A stretch of DNA of 28,999 nt, taken from the IMG/VR virus record IMGVR_UViG_3300009605_000095, positions 1 through 28,999 of that record; one strand, given 5' to 3'. The translations under genes and the position numbers were made by a program. The notes under the pieces were generated by a model. The model had not been told where the DNA came from. It did no database searches and saw only the letters and a list, made by a program, of their open reading frames with translations. Shown here piece after piece: positions 6,889-16,534 of the stretch (positions are counted from its first letter, which is position 1; every line of letters starts with the position of its first letter). This DNA is from a virus. Its lineage: Duplodnaviria > Caudoviricetes.

Positions 6889-8112
6889 TTGGAAAGTTAC
6901 GGTTTCATAGAATCAGGGACTATATTTGGGTTAACCAGTTTATCTACATTAAAGGAGCTAAAATATACCTCAAAAGATTTTTCAGTACATTCTGATGCAT
7001 TAGATTTTGTCCTTGATTATTATGACTCGTATACGGAATTTCCGTCATCAGGACTTCTAATTGAGAAATTCCCTGATTTAGATTCTACGGCTATAGATGC
7101 CTCTCTAGATTATTGTTTAGATGCATTTCGCAAACAGGTCATATATAGAAATGTAGTCGAAGTTATCAATCAGCATAAAGGTCGTTTGACTGATGACCCT
7201 GAATCAGTTATAGGTTCATACCTAGAGGGTCTTGAAAAGATAACTCTTCAGCATGATGATGACCTTTTGATGTATGATAATGGGTCAGAAGACCGTCTAG
7301 AAGATTACCAGCATAAGAAATCTCAACGTTTATCTAAATTTGGGATAATTGGTATACCTACTCCTTTTCGGACAATTAACAATACTGGTGTTGGGATGCA
7401 ACCCGGTGAAATCTATTCTGTTTTTGCTCGCCCAACTGTTGGTAAAACTTGGATGTGCTGTAAATTTGCTTCAATCGCTTCCATGTGTGGGTACAAGACG
7501 TTATTCGTATCTGCTGAAATGCCAGTAAAAGAAATTATGATGAGATTGGATGTTATATCCGCTAATGCTATGAAATATCGTTTCACTCATGATAGTCTAC
7601 GTACTGGTAGTGGCTTGGATGAGGTGGAGTATAAAGAGTTCTTGTCCAAACTCAATCAAGAGAATTTGTTTGTTTGCGATAGCATTGACCAATCTACAGT
7701 GAGTCTAGCTGGTATATCTAGCTTGGTTCGTAAACATAAGCCCGATTTGATTGTTTTGGATAATATTGACCTAGTGGGTGTTCATGCATCCGGTAATCAA
7801 CCGCTATGGGAGAAAATGCACTCCCTTTTCTATGGTATGAAGAACATTTGCCTTGTTAATAAATGTTCATGTATTATTTCTACTCAGGCTAACAAGGGTG
7901 GTTTCGACGTTTTTTCCCCTCCACAGGCTCACCATGTCGCATTTGGGGATGCTTTGATTAGGGCTTCAGATGTTGCGTTCTCTATGTTTTGTGTTGAGGA
8001 TAATATTGGTAAACGTAGGCTTCAATTTCAAAAAGTTCGGAATAGTAGCTTAACTAATGATAAGGTCACACTTGATTGGAATGTAAATATAGGGCTAATC
8101 AAAGAAGAGTAA
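6889..8112 (+). CDS. Replicative DnaB-like (SF4) helicase
   Basis: Walker A ARPTVGKT, SAEM, Walker B IVLDNI, STQAN, QKVR. Confidence 0.9.
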   Translation: MESYGFIESGTIFGLTSLSTLKELKYTSKDFSVHSDALDFVLDYYDSYTEFPSSGLLIEKFPDLDSTAIDASLDYCLDAFRKQVIYRNVVEVINQHKGRLTDDPESVIGSYLEGLEKITLQHDDDLLMYDNGSEDRLEDYQHKKSQRLSKFGIIGIPTPFRTINNTGVGMQPGEIYSVFARPTVGKTWMCCKFASIASMCGYKTLFVSAEMPVKEIMMRLDVISANAMKYRFTHDSLRTGSGLDEVEYKEFLSKLNQENLFVCDSIDQSTVSLAGISSLVRKHKPDLIVLDNIDLVGVHASGNQPLWEKMHSLFYGMKNICLVNKCSCIISTQANKGGFDVFSPPQAHHVAFGDALIRASDVAFSMFCVEDNIGKRRLQFQKVRNSSLTNDKVTLDWNVNIGLIKEE

Positions 8113-8120
8113 TTTATGTA

Positions 8121-8149
8121 TTGTGTTTTGTTGAAACATCCGGTATAAT
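8121..8149 (+). promoter_or_regulatory. Possible promoter before primase
   Basis: TTGTGT, 17 bp spacer, TATAAT (8144-8149). Confidence 0.5.
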
Positions 8150-8156
8150 ATTGTAA

Positions 8157-9050
8157 ATGATTTCAGAAATGAGAATGAATAGAGATTGGGGAAAGGCATT
8201 AATTGAAGCGGGATTTGATGTCCCAAATAACAAAGTACAATTCAATATTTCTTGTCCGTTTCATGGCCCTGATAAGCATCCTTCGTTGTCAGTTAATTTA
8301 TTATTAGGAAAATGGATTTGTCATACGGGTTGCGGAAGCGGTTCAATTGCAGGATTTCTTTCCGATTATTTAGAGATTAGTTTGATTGCAGCAGAAAAAT
8401 TAGCCTTTGATGATTCTATGCATGAGGTTGACTTTTTTGATGCTATAGGGGATGATGATGGAACTCCGATTCCAGAAGTTATTATCCCTTATGATTCATC
8501 TTCTGTTCCAGAATGGATTTTTGATAGGGGATTCACCAAGGCTTCTCTGAAACGCTGGAGATGTGGAATCAATCCCAATATGGGGTCATTAGTAATTCCG
8601 GTAACGGATTCGTTTTCTAGAGATATTGGTTGGATTGAGAGGCATAGGCCAGATTCTACTTTTCGGTATCAATATTCAACAGGACTTCAGAAAAGTAAAG
8701 TTCTTTTTGGGTTACCTCAATCTCGCACACATAAAGAAAAATTTTTGTGTATTACTGAAGGGGCTTTGGATTGTATTTGGCTTGACCAACATGGGTTTCC
8801 ATCGGTAGCGTTGTTGGGTGTGTTTCTATCGAGTAATCATAAAGAGATATTGAAAAAAGTAGGAGTAAGTGAAATTATATTATGTTTAGACAATGATGAA
8901 GCTGGGATGAAGGCAACCGAATATGTTAGTCGAGAAATTAGTTATTATTTTCCAGTTAGTCGAATAACATTGGATGGTGTTAAAGATGTTCAAGACGTTA
9001 GAGATTCAAACAAATTGAAGCAGATATTAAATGAGAGGACGGTGCTATAA
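8157..9050 (+). CDS. DNA primase (CHC2 zinc finger + TOPRIM)
   Basis: CPFH...HPS...WICHTGC; ITEGALD; LCLDNDEAG; KD. Confidence 0.92.
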   Translation: MISEMRMNRDWGKALIEAGFDVPNNKVQFNISCPFHGPDKHPSLSVNLLLGKWICHTGCGSGSIAGFLSDYLEISLIAAEKLAFDDSMHEVDFFDAIGDDDGTPIPEVIIPYDSSSVPEWIFDRGFTKASLKRWRCGINPNMGSLVIPVTDSFSRDIGWIERHRPDSTFRYQYSTGLQKSKVLFGLPQSRTHKEKFLCITEGALDCIWLDQHGFPSVALLGVFLSSNHKEILKKVGVSEIILCLDNDEAGMKATEYVSREISYYFPVSRITLDGVKDVQDVRDSNKLKQILNERTVL

Positions 9051-9823
9051 TGGCTGGAATAGGAAAAATAACCCAACGTCGAAAAGATACTGTTAGTAAT
9101 TTTACTGGTGGAAGAGAGGTTTTTCTGAGGGACGGTGACCAAGTATTGTTGTCCATAATTCCTACTGGAGATGATGGGGATGAACGTTTAACTGATTTTT
9201 GGAGACATGCTGTTCAGAGTCAGAATGCTGATGGGGCAACTCGATGGACATATTCCCTCTGTGGGAAATCTGTAGATAAATATTGTGATGTTTGTGCCAG
9301 TGGTCAAAGGGCGCAACATCGATTCGCTTTTTGGGTATATGTTTATCATATATTGCATTCAGAGAAAAATCAGGATTCATGGACTGAAGTGAAATCAAAA
9401 GCTGGTTCTGATACACAGTATAAAGAAGATGTGAACGGCTTCCGAATGTTCAGTCAGGGATTTGGTCAACGAGACTATCTCTGGAATCAGGTTGTTGATA
9501 TTTATGAGGAGAACGGCAATCTGAATGATAAAATAATTAGGGTCAGGCGTCGTGGTTCTGGTATGCAAGATACTAACTATTCGATTCAACTCACTGGTAC
9601 TGACACTGCTATTCCTGAAGAATCCACTGATGAATTGAGTAGATTGGGAAATGCTATGACTTTCTTTACTGAGAGGGAAGAGAATTCACCCCCTAATCAC
9701 ACTAATGGCACTTCTAACATAGCGTCTACCAAAGCTGTTTCATTAGAGAGTTCAGATGATTCAGATTCTACTACTACTGTTGATACTCTAGATGAGCTAT
9801 TTGATAAAGATACATTGTTTTAA
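9050..9823 (+). CDS. Single-stranded DNA-binding protein (gp32-like)
   Basis: Follows primase; His/Cys metal-site pattern (H...C...CDVC), RRRGSGMQDTNY, strongly acidic C-terminal tail ending in LF. Confidence 0.7.
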   Translation: MAGIGKITQRRKDTVSNFTGGREVFLRDGDQVLLSIIPTGDDGDERLTDFWRHAVQSQNADGATRWTYSLCGKSVDKYCDVCASGQRAQHRFAFWVYVYHILHSEKNQDSWTEVKSKAGSDTQYKEDVNGFRMFSQGFGQRDYLWNQVVDIYEENGNLNDKIIRVRRRGSGMQDTNYSIQLTGTDTAIPEESTDELSRLGNAMTFFTEREENSPPNHTNGTSNIASTKAVSLESSDDSDSTTTVDTLDELFDKDTLF

Positions 9824-9835
9824 AAATGGTTAAAA

Positions 9836-10480
9836 ATGGTTAAAGAAATTTCTAAAAATGGCCCTAAATATTCTGATACTCTTTTGAAGGGGATGGAATG
9901 TTTGTGGTTAGGTTTTCACAGTGATTCCAATTATTACCTAACCATGCCTCTACATAATGATTTTTTTCAAAAACGGGTTTTGAATGGACGTATTGGTACA
10001 ATAAATCAAGCTGGTTTATATGGTGCTGAAGTTGAGTTTCCAGTAGATAATGAACGAGGATTTGTTAGATTGAATCTGAGCGTTAAAGAATTGTTACCTA
10101 TGACAACTCAACAGAGGGATATTTTAAGAGAATCTATATTAGGAGAAATTATAGTGAGTACTCAGACAAACAAAGTCACATACAGGTGCGTAGAAACAGG
10201 TTGTTCTTTTATTGCTGCTTCTCCGCAGGGGTTAGGGACGCATAGAGTAAAGACCCATAATTTGCAACCTCAGAAACGAGGGGGATTGAGGGTTAAGGTT
10301 AGTAGTATATCGTCAAAGCCCATTCTGGATACTGGTGATAAAACTACTACCAAAACTTCAGTTTCAACGAATTGGAAGGCCCGGTATGATGCTATGGTGA
10401 AGCGATACAATCGTTTAGCCAGTAGGCATGATTCTGTACTAAACACCTTGGAAAAGATTTCCAAGCTAAAAAAACTCTAA
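9836..10480 (+). CDS. Hypothetical protein with C2H2 zinc finger and C-terminal coiled coil
   Basis: YRCVETGCSFIAASPQGLGTHRVKTH fits C-x4-C-x12-H-x4-H; heptad-like C-terminus. Confidence 0.7.
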   Translation: MVKEISKNGPKYSDTLLKGMECLWLGFHSDSNYYLTMPLHNDFFQKRVLNGRIGTINQAGLYGAEVEFPVDNERGFVRLNLSVKELLPMTTQQRDILRESILGEIIVSTQTNKVTYRCVETGCSFIAASPQGLGTHRVKTHNLQPQKRGGLRVKVSSISSKPILDTGDKTTTKTSVSTNWKARYDAMVKRYNRLASRHDSVLNTLEKISKLKKL

Positions 10481-10540
10481 TTATAGAGATACTTTACAGA
10501 CATTAGATAGATAGACCCATTTTTTATTCTTGGTATTGCT

Positions 10541-10573
10541 GGATTGGGAGCGAGTGATTATCGCTCCCAATTC
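10541..10573 (+). promoter_or_regulatory. Stable hairpin immediately upstream of the DNA polymerase start
   Basis: ATTGGGAGCGA (10543-10553) / TCGCTCCCAAT (10561-10571), 11 bp perfect, no U tract. Confidence 0.55.
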
Positions 10574-10581
10574 TATCTTAG

Positions 10582-12354
10582 GTGTTTATGGTCGATGTTA
10601 TTTCCTATTCTTATGACGAATTAAGCAATATATTTAAACACCAAAAATATATTGCTGTTGATACTGAAACCACTGGGTTGCATTGGTGGCGTACTGAAGT
10701 CTGTGTAGTTTCTTTTGCATGGGCTGGAGGTTCTACGGCTTTGTGGATTCCAGTTGCGGAACGTAGGCCCGATAGTCCGATGGCAAGGTTGCTTACTGAA
10801 TTATTTAACTACCCTACTAATAGGGTTATTTTTTGGAATGCTAAATTTGATTTTCATCATATAAGAAGTACGTTTGGTGTGGAATCATCTTCATGGGATT
10901 CTTTTCATGATGCTATGATTATGTGTCATCTTCTGGATGAAAATCGACGCATGGCTCTCAAAGTTAGGGTTAAAGAAGACCTTGGAATTGACCCCATAGA
11001 AGAGAAGCAACTAAAGCTCCATATGCGCCGAAATAAATTGACTACGTATGATGAGATTCCATTGGATATTTTGCTTCCGTATGCTGTTAAGGATGCGGAA
11101 TTTACTTTGATGTTCTATGCTAAATATTTTTCAGATGTACGAGAGTATTTTTTAGAGGTTTATGACCTAGAACGAAAATCTCTTATGGTTTTGATGGAAA
11201 TGGAACGTCATGGTGTATTGATAGACAGACCATATTTAGAATCTGTTCAAGTTCAGTTGTTAACTGAGTTAGATGACTTGGATTTATCGATTAAGAATTT
11301 AATTGGTGATGAGTTAAATATAAATTCCCCTAAACAATTAGCTGATTTCTTCTTTAGAAAAGAAGGATTGGCTCCCATAAAAATGGGTAAGAATCATGAG
11401 AGTGTAGATGTATCTGTTTTGGAGCAATTGAAGCATCCGTTGGCAGAACAATTAGTCAGCTACAGGAAAAAGTTCAAATTAGCAAATACATATGTTGCTC
11501 CGATGTTAGAGATGTTGGATGATAACGGTAGGCTACATTGTTCCTATAATCAGGTTGGGGCTAAAACAGGTAGAATGTCTTGCTCTGACCCCAATCTACA
11601 AAATATACCTAGTGATAGGGAAACTTCATTGATTCGTCGGGCATTTGTTTCTGATACTGGAATGGTCTTTTTTGATTATTCGGGTATGGAAGCTAGGGTC
11701 TTTGCACATTATTGTGATGATAGAAAGTTACTTAACGCTTATAATGATAATTTAGACCCTTATATTATGGTCGGGGCTTCCATATTTAATCTTCCATATG
11801 AGGAAGTAGTATCTAAACTTGAAGCCGGGGATTCTGAGGCTAAGAATATTCGTTACATAGGTAAGACTACTTTTTTATCTACTATCTACGGGGTTGGGAA
11901 AAAGAGATTATCTGGTCAATTGGATGTGTCGATGGACGAAGCAGAATCTTTCTTAAAGAGTTTCTTCAAACTGTATCCCAAAATCAAATCTTTTATACGC
12001 ACTACTAGCGACCAAGCAAAAGTTAATGGACATATATCTACATTGGCTGGTAGATACAGACGATTGGAGTTTAAAGATAATTATAAGGCGGTGAATGCGT
12101 TAATACAGGGAACTGCAACAGGTGATATGTTGAAGGCATCTTTGATTAAATGCCATGATGCATTGAAAGAAATAGATGGCTCTCTATCTCTAGTTATCCA
12201 CGATGAAGTGTCTATTGAGGGGCTATCTACTGACGGTATACCTGTGATAAAATCAATACTAGAAGATTTTAAGGGTTTTAAAGTTCCGATACCAGTTGAT
12301 GTAAGTGTCTCTGATTATTCATGGGCCGATAAAAAGGAGTTGAGTGGGGTATAA
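10582..12354 (+). CDS. polA: Family A DNA polymerase (3'-5' exonuclease + polymerase, no 5' nuclease)
   Basis: ExoI DTETTG, ExoII NAKFD, ExoIII YAVKDA; TGRMSCSDPNLQNIP; motif A DYSGMEAR; motif B KTTFLSTIYG; motif C IHDE. Confidence 0.95.
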   Translation: MFMVDVISYSYDELSNIFKHQKYIAVDTETTGLHWWRTEVCVVSFAWAGGSTALWIPVAERRPDSPMARLLTELFNYPTNRVIFWNAKFDFHHIRSTFGVESSSWDSFHDAMIMCHLLDENRRMALKVRVKEDLGIDPIEEKQLKLHMRRNKLTTYDEIPLDILLPYAVKDAEFTLMFYAKYFSDVREYFLEVYDLERKSLMVLMEMERHGVLIDRPYLESVQVQLLTELDDLDLSIKNLIGDELNINSPKQLADFFFRKEGLAPIKMGKNHESVDVSVLEQLKHPLAEQLVSYRKKFKLANTYVAPMLEMLDDNGRLHCSYNQVGAKTGRMSCSDPNLQNIPSDRETSLIRRAFVSDTGMVFFDYSGMEARVFAHYCDDRKLLNAYNDNLDPYIMVGASIFNLPYEEVVSKLEAGDSEAKNIRYIGKTTFLSTIYGVGKKRLSGQLDVSMDEAESFLKSFFKLYPKIKSFIRTTSDQAKVNGHISTLAGRYRRLEFKDNYKAVNALIQGTATGDMLKASLIKCHDALKEIDGSLSLVIHDEVSIEGLSTDGIPVIKSILEDFKGFKVPIPVDVSVSDYSWADKKELSGV

Positions 12355-12357
12355 AAT

Positions 12358-12690
12358 ATGGATAAGCCCAATTGTTTAGAAGGACAGGCCCATCACTGGA
12401 TTTTTCCTACTGGAACTGGCTCCACTAAGATTTTTGGGCCTAGAAGGTCTGGTGGTGTGGGTTTTTACGATGCGAGTGCAATTAGTATAAATTATAAACG
12501 AACAGCTACGTGTAAAATATGTGACCAAACATATACTTTTGAAAATATTAAAAGTCCTTATGTCAGACCTTTGGACGCTTCAAAGAATGGTAGAAAAAGA
12601 AGGGCCAAACATAAGAAGTTTACGAATGATTGGATAATAGAGAGAAAAAAGAGCGAGCGTGAAGCAAAGAAAAATTTTGAACAAGGATAG
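12358..12690 (+). CDS. Hypothetical basic protein with Cys/His metal-binding pattern
   Basis: C....AHHW...CKIC; basic C-terminus; AAGGAG upstream. Confidence 0.65.
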   Translation: MDKPNCLEGQAHHWIFPTGTGSTKIFGPRRSGGVGFYDASAISINYKRTATCKICDQTYTFENIKSPYVRPLDASKNGRKRRAKHKKFTNDWIIERKKSEREAKKNFEQG

Positions 12691-12733
12691 AAATTTCTTC
12701 TCGCTATTAAAAATAAATCTATTGAGGTAAGTA

Positions 12734-12955
12734 ATGGCTAAAATAGCACAAAGTTTAAGTTTTACGTTTAGAGTAGGTCAGGCTTCTAATCAATATTGTA
12801 AAGTAAATCTTGAGGTATCTGATATTGATACTGAATTGCCTCTGGATGTTCAATTACAGAAAATTGATAACACTCTTGATGGTATCTGGAAGCATATTCG
12901 AGATAGAATTGATAATCAAATTGAAGAAGTTTTAAAGGAACAAGAGGCTGATTAA
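12734..12955 (+). CDS. Small hypothetical protein
   Basis: GAGG RBS; 73 aa; abuts the recA-like gene. Confidence 0.7.
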   Translation: MAKIAQSLSFTFRVGQASNQYCKVNLEVSDIDTELPLDVQLQKIDNTLDGIWKHIRDRIDNQIEEVLKEQEAD

Positions 12956-12956
12956 A

Positions 12957-13919
12957 ATGCCACGAAAAAAGAAAGACGATACAACTCCGTTAACCCTATC
13001 TGAATTAGGCACTAAATATAATGGTATTCTTAATGTAGGTTCCTCTGATGATTTTTTGTATGATAGAATTTCATTTGGAATACCAGCATTAGATAAATTA
13101 TTGGGCGGTGGAATACCTAAGAAACGCCTTACGCTTCTAACTGGTCAATCTAATGCTGGTAAGAGTTATCTGGCATCTCAGGCTGTTGTGAATGTTCAGA
13201 AAGCTGGTGGGACAGCAGTATGGCTGGATTCGGAGATGAGTTGGGATTCTGGGTGGATGCAAAAATGTGGGGTGGATACAGATAATATTTTATTGACACA
13301 ACCTCTTACTGGGGAAGATGCTTTCAACACCATTAGAGATTTGATGATTGATGGTGTAGACTTAATAGTTTTGGATTCCATTGCTGGTCTAGTTCCTTCA
13401 GCAGTTCATGAAGAAGATTTTTCATACAATCCTATGGCATGGCAAGCACGATTAGTTAACACTTCTTTACCAAGGCTTTTTCCGCACTTTAAAAATGGAA
13501 GTGCTTTGGTTATTATTAATCAAGTTCGCAGTAGCATGGGGCCAGTTTCTTTGGATGCAATGCCGGGGGGAGTGGGACAAGTATTTTTTAGTCATATGAT
13601 TCTACAGGCTAAACGGTCTGGTTGGATTGAGGATAACAAAGTAAAAGTTGGGTTTGATATTGAAGTACGTTTACGGAAAACAAAGGCTGGTGGTTTGCCA
13701 TTTGATTCCTGTACCATTCCATTTAGGCTAGATGGAGGATTTGATATTGTTGAAACGTGGATACGTGAAGCACTAGACATGGATATAGTTAAACAGTCAG
13801 GGCCGTGGTATGCCTTACCAGAAATGGATGAGAAATTAATGGGGATGAATAATGTGAAAACTTTTTATTTAAACAACCCAGATAAGTTTAAGCTCTTACA
13901 GGAATTGGTTGGTGTCTAA
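12957..13919 (+). CDS. recA: RecA/UvsX-like recombinase
   Basis: ISFGIPALDKLLGGGIP, Walker A GQSNAGKS, DSE, IVLDSIAGL, INQVR, PGG, G.WY. Confidence 0.92.
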   Translation: MPRKKKDDTTPLTLSELGTKYNGILNVGSSDDFLYDRISFGIPALDKLLGGGIPKKRLTLLTGQSNAGKSYLASQAVVNVQKAGGTAVWLDSEMSWDSGWMQKCGVDTDNILLTQPLTGEDAFNTIRDLMIDGVDLIVLDSIAGLVPSAVHEEDFSYNPMAWQARLVNTSLPRLFPHFKNGSALVIINQVRSSMGPVSLDAMPGGVGQVFFSHMILQAKRSGWIEDNKVKVGFDIEVRLRKTKAGGLPFDSCTIPFRLDGGFDIVETWIREALDMDIVKQSGPWYALPEMDEKLMGMNNVKTFYLNNPDKFKLLQELVGV

Positions 13920-14220
13920 CGGAATTACCTTGATAGATGTTCTTTCATGTCTTCCTGATGTGCGTTCTTTAGATAATTTACTATGTAAATTTTTAGAGTA
14001 CACTGAAAAAGACCTTGAGACAGTTGATTTACGTGATGATATTATGGCTCTTGCAGTTGGTTATCAGACTGTAAAGTTATTTGGTTTCTTATCTGAAGTA
14101 TTTTCTAAGGAACCATTTGATTCTTTGACCGGAAAAGAATTATCTGAGGTTATAAAACACAGTATGGATTATTTTCATAGTCGGCTAGATACAGAGGGAG
14201 GTGGTTATGATTACATATGA
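13909..14220 (+). CDS. Hypothetical protein
   Basis: 103-aa ORF overlapping both neighbours in operon context. Confidence 0.6.
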   Translation: MVSNGITLIDVLSCLPDVRSLDNLLCKFLEYTEKDLETVDLRDDIMALAVGYQTVKLFGFLSEVFSKEPFDSLTGKELSEVIKHSMDYFHSRLDTEGGGYDYI

Positions 14221-14569
14221 GTATAAATTTATAGACTTATCTTTGCTGGGTGGTTCTGCGTCAGTCATTGATGCATTTAATGAACAGGGCGGTATTGGGT
14301 GGGAATTGGTATCGGTTGTGGGTGGTGTTGGGTATTTTAAACGGTCATCAAATAATGGGTTTGATTCAACAACGGTTTCTGTTAGTGCTGGTGAAGATTC
14401 ATCTAGTATGACTATTATCACTACTGATAATGTATCGGGTGAAGAGGTTCTGTTGGAAGAGAAAGAACCACCAAAGCGTCGAATTGGAAGACCCCCCAGA
14501 GAAGACCGACAAGTCGGGGTTTTGTTAGCAGAAGATTCTATAATGCCTTCACCTGAAAGTATTCAATAA
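14207..14569 (+). CDS. DUF4177-like domain protein with C-terminal AT-hook-like motif
   Basis: YEYKF...FNEQGGIGWELVSV....YFKR; KRRIGRPP; GAGGGAGG RBS before ATG 14207. Confidence 0.65.
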   Translation: MITYEYKFIDLSLLGGSASVIDAFNEQGGIGWELVSVVGGVGYFKRSSNNGFDSTTVSVSAGEDSSSMTIITTDNVSGEEVLLEEKEPPKRRIGRPPREDRQVGVLLAEDSIMPSPESIQ

Positions 14570-14570
14570 T

Positions 14571-14861
14571 TTGAAACCCCGTGATTTTACGGTTCAAGAA
14601 AATAATATAGCGGAAATTCTATCTGACTTAGGTTTACGCTATGAGCAACAATACTCTATAGGCTCTAGAACAGTTGATTTTTATTTGCATGAAATGAACA
14701 GTGTTATCGAGGCTGATGGAGTATATGGTCATTTAAGAAAGTCTGATAGAAAAAGAGATTTAGAATTGATGAGTTTGGGTGTAAAGAATATTTTTCATAT
14801 AAGCGACTCTACTAAACCCAAAATACTTAATACATTGGCAGGTATATTTTGTCAGGGATAA
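14571..14861 (+). CDS. Vsr/DUF559-like endonuclease
   Basis: E..IAEIL..LG..YEQQ...VDFY....VIEADG.YGH...D.KRD..L...G. Confidence 0.8.
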   Translation: MKPRDFTVQENNIAEILSDLGLRYEQQYSIGSRTVDFYLHEMNSVIEADGVYGHLRKSDRKRDLELMSLGVKNIFHISDSTKPKILNTLAGIFCQG

Positions 14862-15550
14862 AATCAATACTACGTCAGAGGGAACATAGAGAACCTCTGA
14901 TAACAAAACATGATGAATGGCTAGTTAAAGAGATTGATAGGCATTTAACCTCTACCTCTGACCAACGACCTCCATCCAAACATATTTTTTATCCTTCGTT
15001 TTTAGGGTCTACGTGTGATAGGTTGCTATACTTACATTATAATGGTCTACTTCCAAACCCTAAATTTGATTCTAAAACCCTTAGAATTTTCGCTCATGGT
15101 CATGCGACTGAAGCTAGGTATAAGGATATTTTTTCCAAAATGCGAATTTTATCTGGTGATGAAATTCAGACTCGTTATGATAATCCTTGTATTCATGGGA
15201 GGGCTGATTTCATACTGAATTTTCCTGAGTTTGGTAGAGCTATTGTTGAGTTGAAAACTATTAATGAGAGAGGTTTTTCTAATTTATCTGTACCAAAATC
15301 AGACCATGCTATTCAAATTCAAATATATTTAAACATACTGAATATAGATAATGGGTTTGTCTTGTACGAATGTAAGAATGACCAACAATTAAAGTCCTTT
15401 CATATTAAACGGTCTTCCTCTGAATGGGACTCGATTATAGAAAGATGTATTAAAATACAAAATATGACTGTTGTTCCAAAATTAGCTACTATCACACATG
15501 AGAAATGGTGCAATTGTTTAGATGTAAAAGAAGAGTTAGAGAATGCTTGA
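14849..15550 (+). CDS. Cas4-like PD-(D/E)XK exonuclease (no adjacent CRISPR)
   Basis: PS...CDR, G...E, GRAD, VELKT, QIQIYL, C-terminal WCNC. Confidence 0.8.
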   Translation: MSGIKSILRQREHREPLITKHDEWLVKEIDRHLTSTSDQRPPSKHIFYPSFLGSTCDRLLYLHYNGLLPNPKFDSKTLRIFAHGHATEARYKDIFSKMRILSGDEIQTRYDNPCIHGRADFILNFPEFGRAIVELKTINERGFSNLSVPKSDHAIQIQIYLNILNIDNGFVLYECKNDQQLKSFHIKRSSSEWDSIIERCIKIQNMTVVPKLATITHEKWCNCLDVKEELENA

Positions 15551-16052
15551 GACACAACAAAATGACACACATCTAGGGGCTGTATTGCGACGAGTTGATT
15601 CGTATTTTGAAAAATTAGAACTCCCTAAATTAGAGGCTGATGTAGAAGCCCCTAAAGTCATCTATATATCCGATTTGGAAGATTGCACTAATAAAGATTT
15701 AGAAAATTATTTGCTCTTGTTTGGTGGATTTCGTTCTTATTTGGATGCGAAATTAGCTTCTGTTGAGTCTAAAAAAACTATATTGGAAGCGACTTTTGAT
15801 GAGGGTCTTAACCGTATGCTTTATACATTAGAAGAAAAATATGGAGAAGAGGGGCGTAGAAGACCCAATAAGGAATCTTTACGTGGGGAAGCTATTGCTA
15901 CTAATTCTGGGTTGAAGAGAACTCGCCAAGAGTTAATTGAGGAAGAAGGGTTATATATTCGATTGTCTGGAATTCGCAATGCTTATAAAAGTATGTATGA
16001 TGCTGTTAGCAGGGTTGTGGCTTTGCGTGTTAGTAGTCGAGAACAGATTTAG
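15543..16052 (+). CDS. Coiled-coil protein, possible UvsY-like recombination mediator
   Basis: Helical, charge-rich, ends in SR..ALR; lies between the nuclease and resolvase genes. Function is inference. Confidence 0.55.
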   Translation: MLETQQNDTHLGAVLRRVDSYFEKLELPKLEADVEAPKVIYISDLEDCTNKDLENYLLLFGGFRSYLDAKLASVESKKTILEATFDEGLNRMLYTLEEKYGEEGRRRPNKESLRGEAIATNSGLKRTRQELIEEEGLYIRLSGIRNAYKSMYDAVSRVVALRVSSREQI

Positions 16053-16054
16053 AC

Positions 16055-16534
16055 ATGGGGTTCTATATAGGTATAGATTGTAGTTCTCGCTCTGCTCATT
16101 TTGTAGTTCTAGATGTAGATGAGAAAATTATTTTGATGGATAAGTGTGTTGATACATCAAAAGATGTAGAAGCACGTTTTAACAGTGTTTGTACTCAATT
16201 CAATGATTATATACTTAATCAATTAGATTTATTTGTTGATAGTGTAGCCACAATTGAAAATCCAGTTATGATTCAAAATGTAAAAGCCACTATAACTATC
16301 ACGAATGTGATAGCTGGTGTTAAGCGAGAGCTTTTTAGAAATGATATTTCGTATTGGGCGGTAGATAATAAGTCATGGAAGAAAGATGTTTTGGCAAATG
16401 GGGCGGCTTCTAAAGAAGAAATTTTGAAGTTTGCTGAAATAAAATGGGGTAAGGTTTTTGTAGAGCAAGATTATGCAGATGCAGCTTGCATAGCTCTGTG
16501 GGGTCTTGTAAAATTTGGACGAACTAGGGTATAA
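16055..16534 (+). CDS. RuvC-like Holliday junction resolvase
   Basis: IGIDCSS, IENP, WKK...G.ASK, DYADA catalytic pattern. Confidence 0.85.
   Translation: MGFYIGIDCSSRSAHFVVLDVDEKIILMDKCVDTSKDVEARFNSVCTQFNDYILNQLDLFVDSVATIENPVMIQNVKATITITNVIAGVKRELFRNDISYWAVDNKSWKKDVLANGAASKEEILKFAEIKWGKVFVEQDYADAACIALWGLVKFGRTRV

Noticed and set aside
9820-9845. Tandem TTAAAAATGG x2 before the 9836 start
   Set aside because: Only two short AT-rich copies; most simply a small duplication of the start region.
14849-15550. CRISPR-Cas locus suggested by the Cas4-like gene
   Set aside because: No repeat-spacer array or other cas genes seen in the window; the context is recombination.
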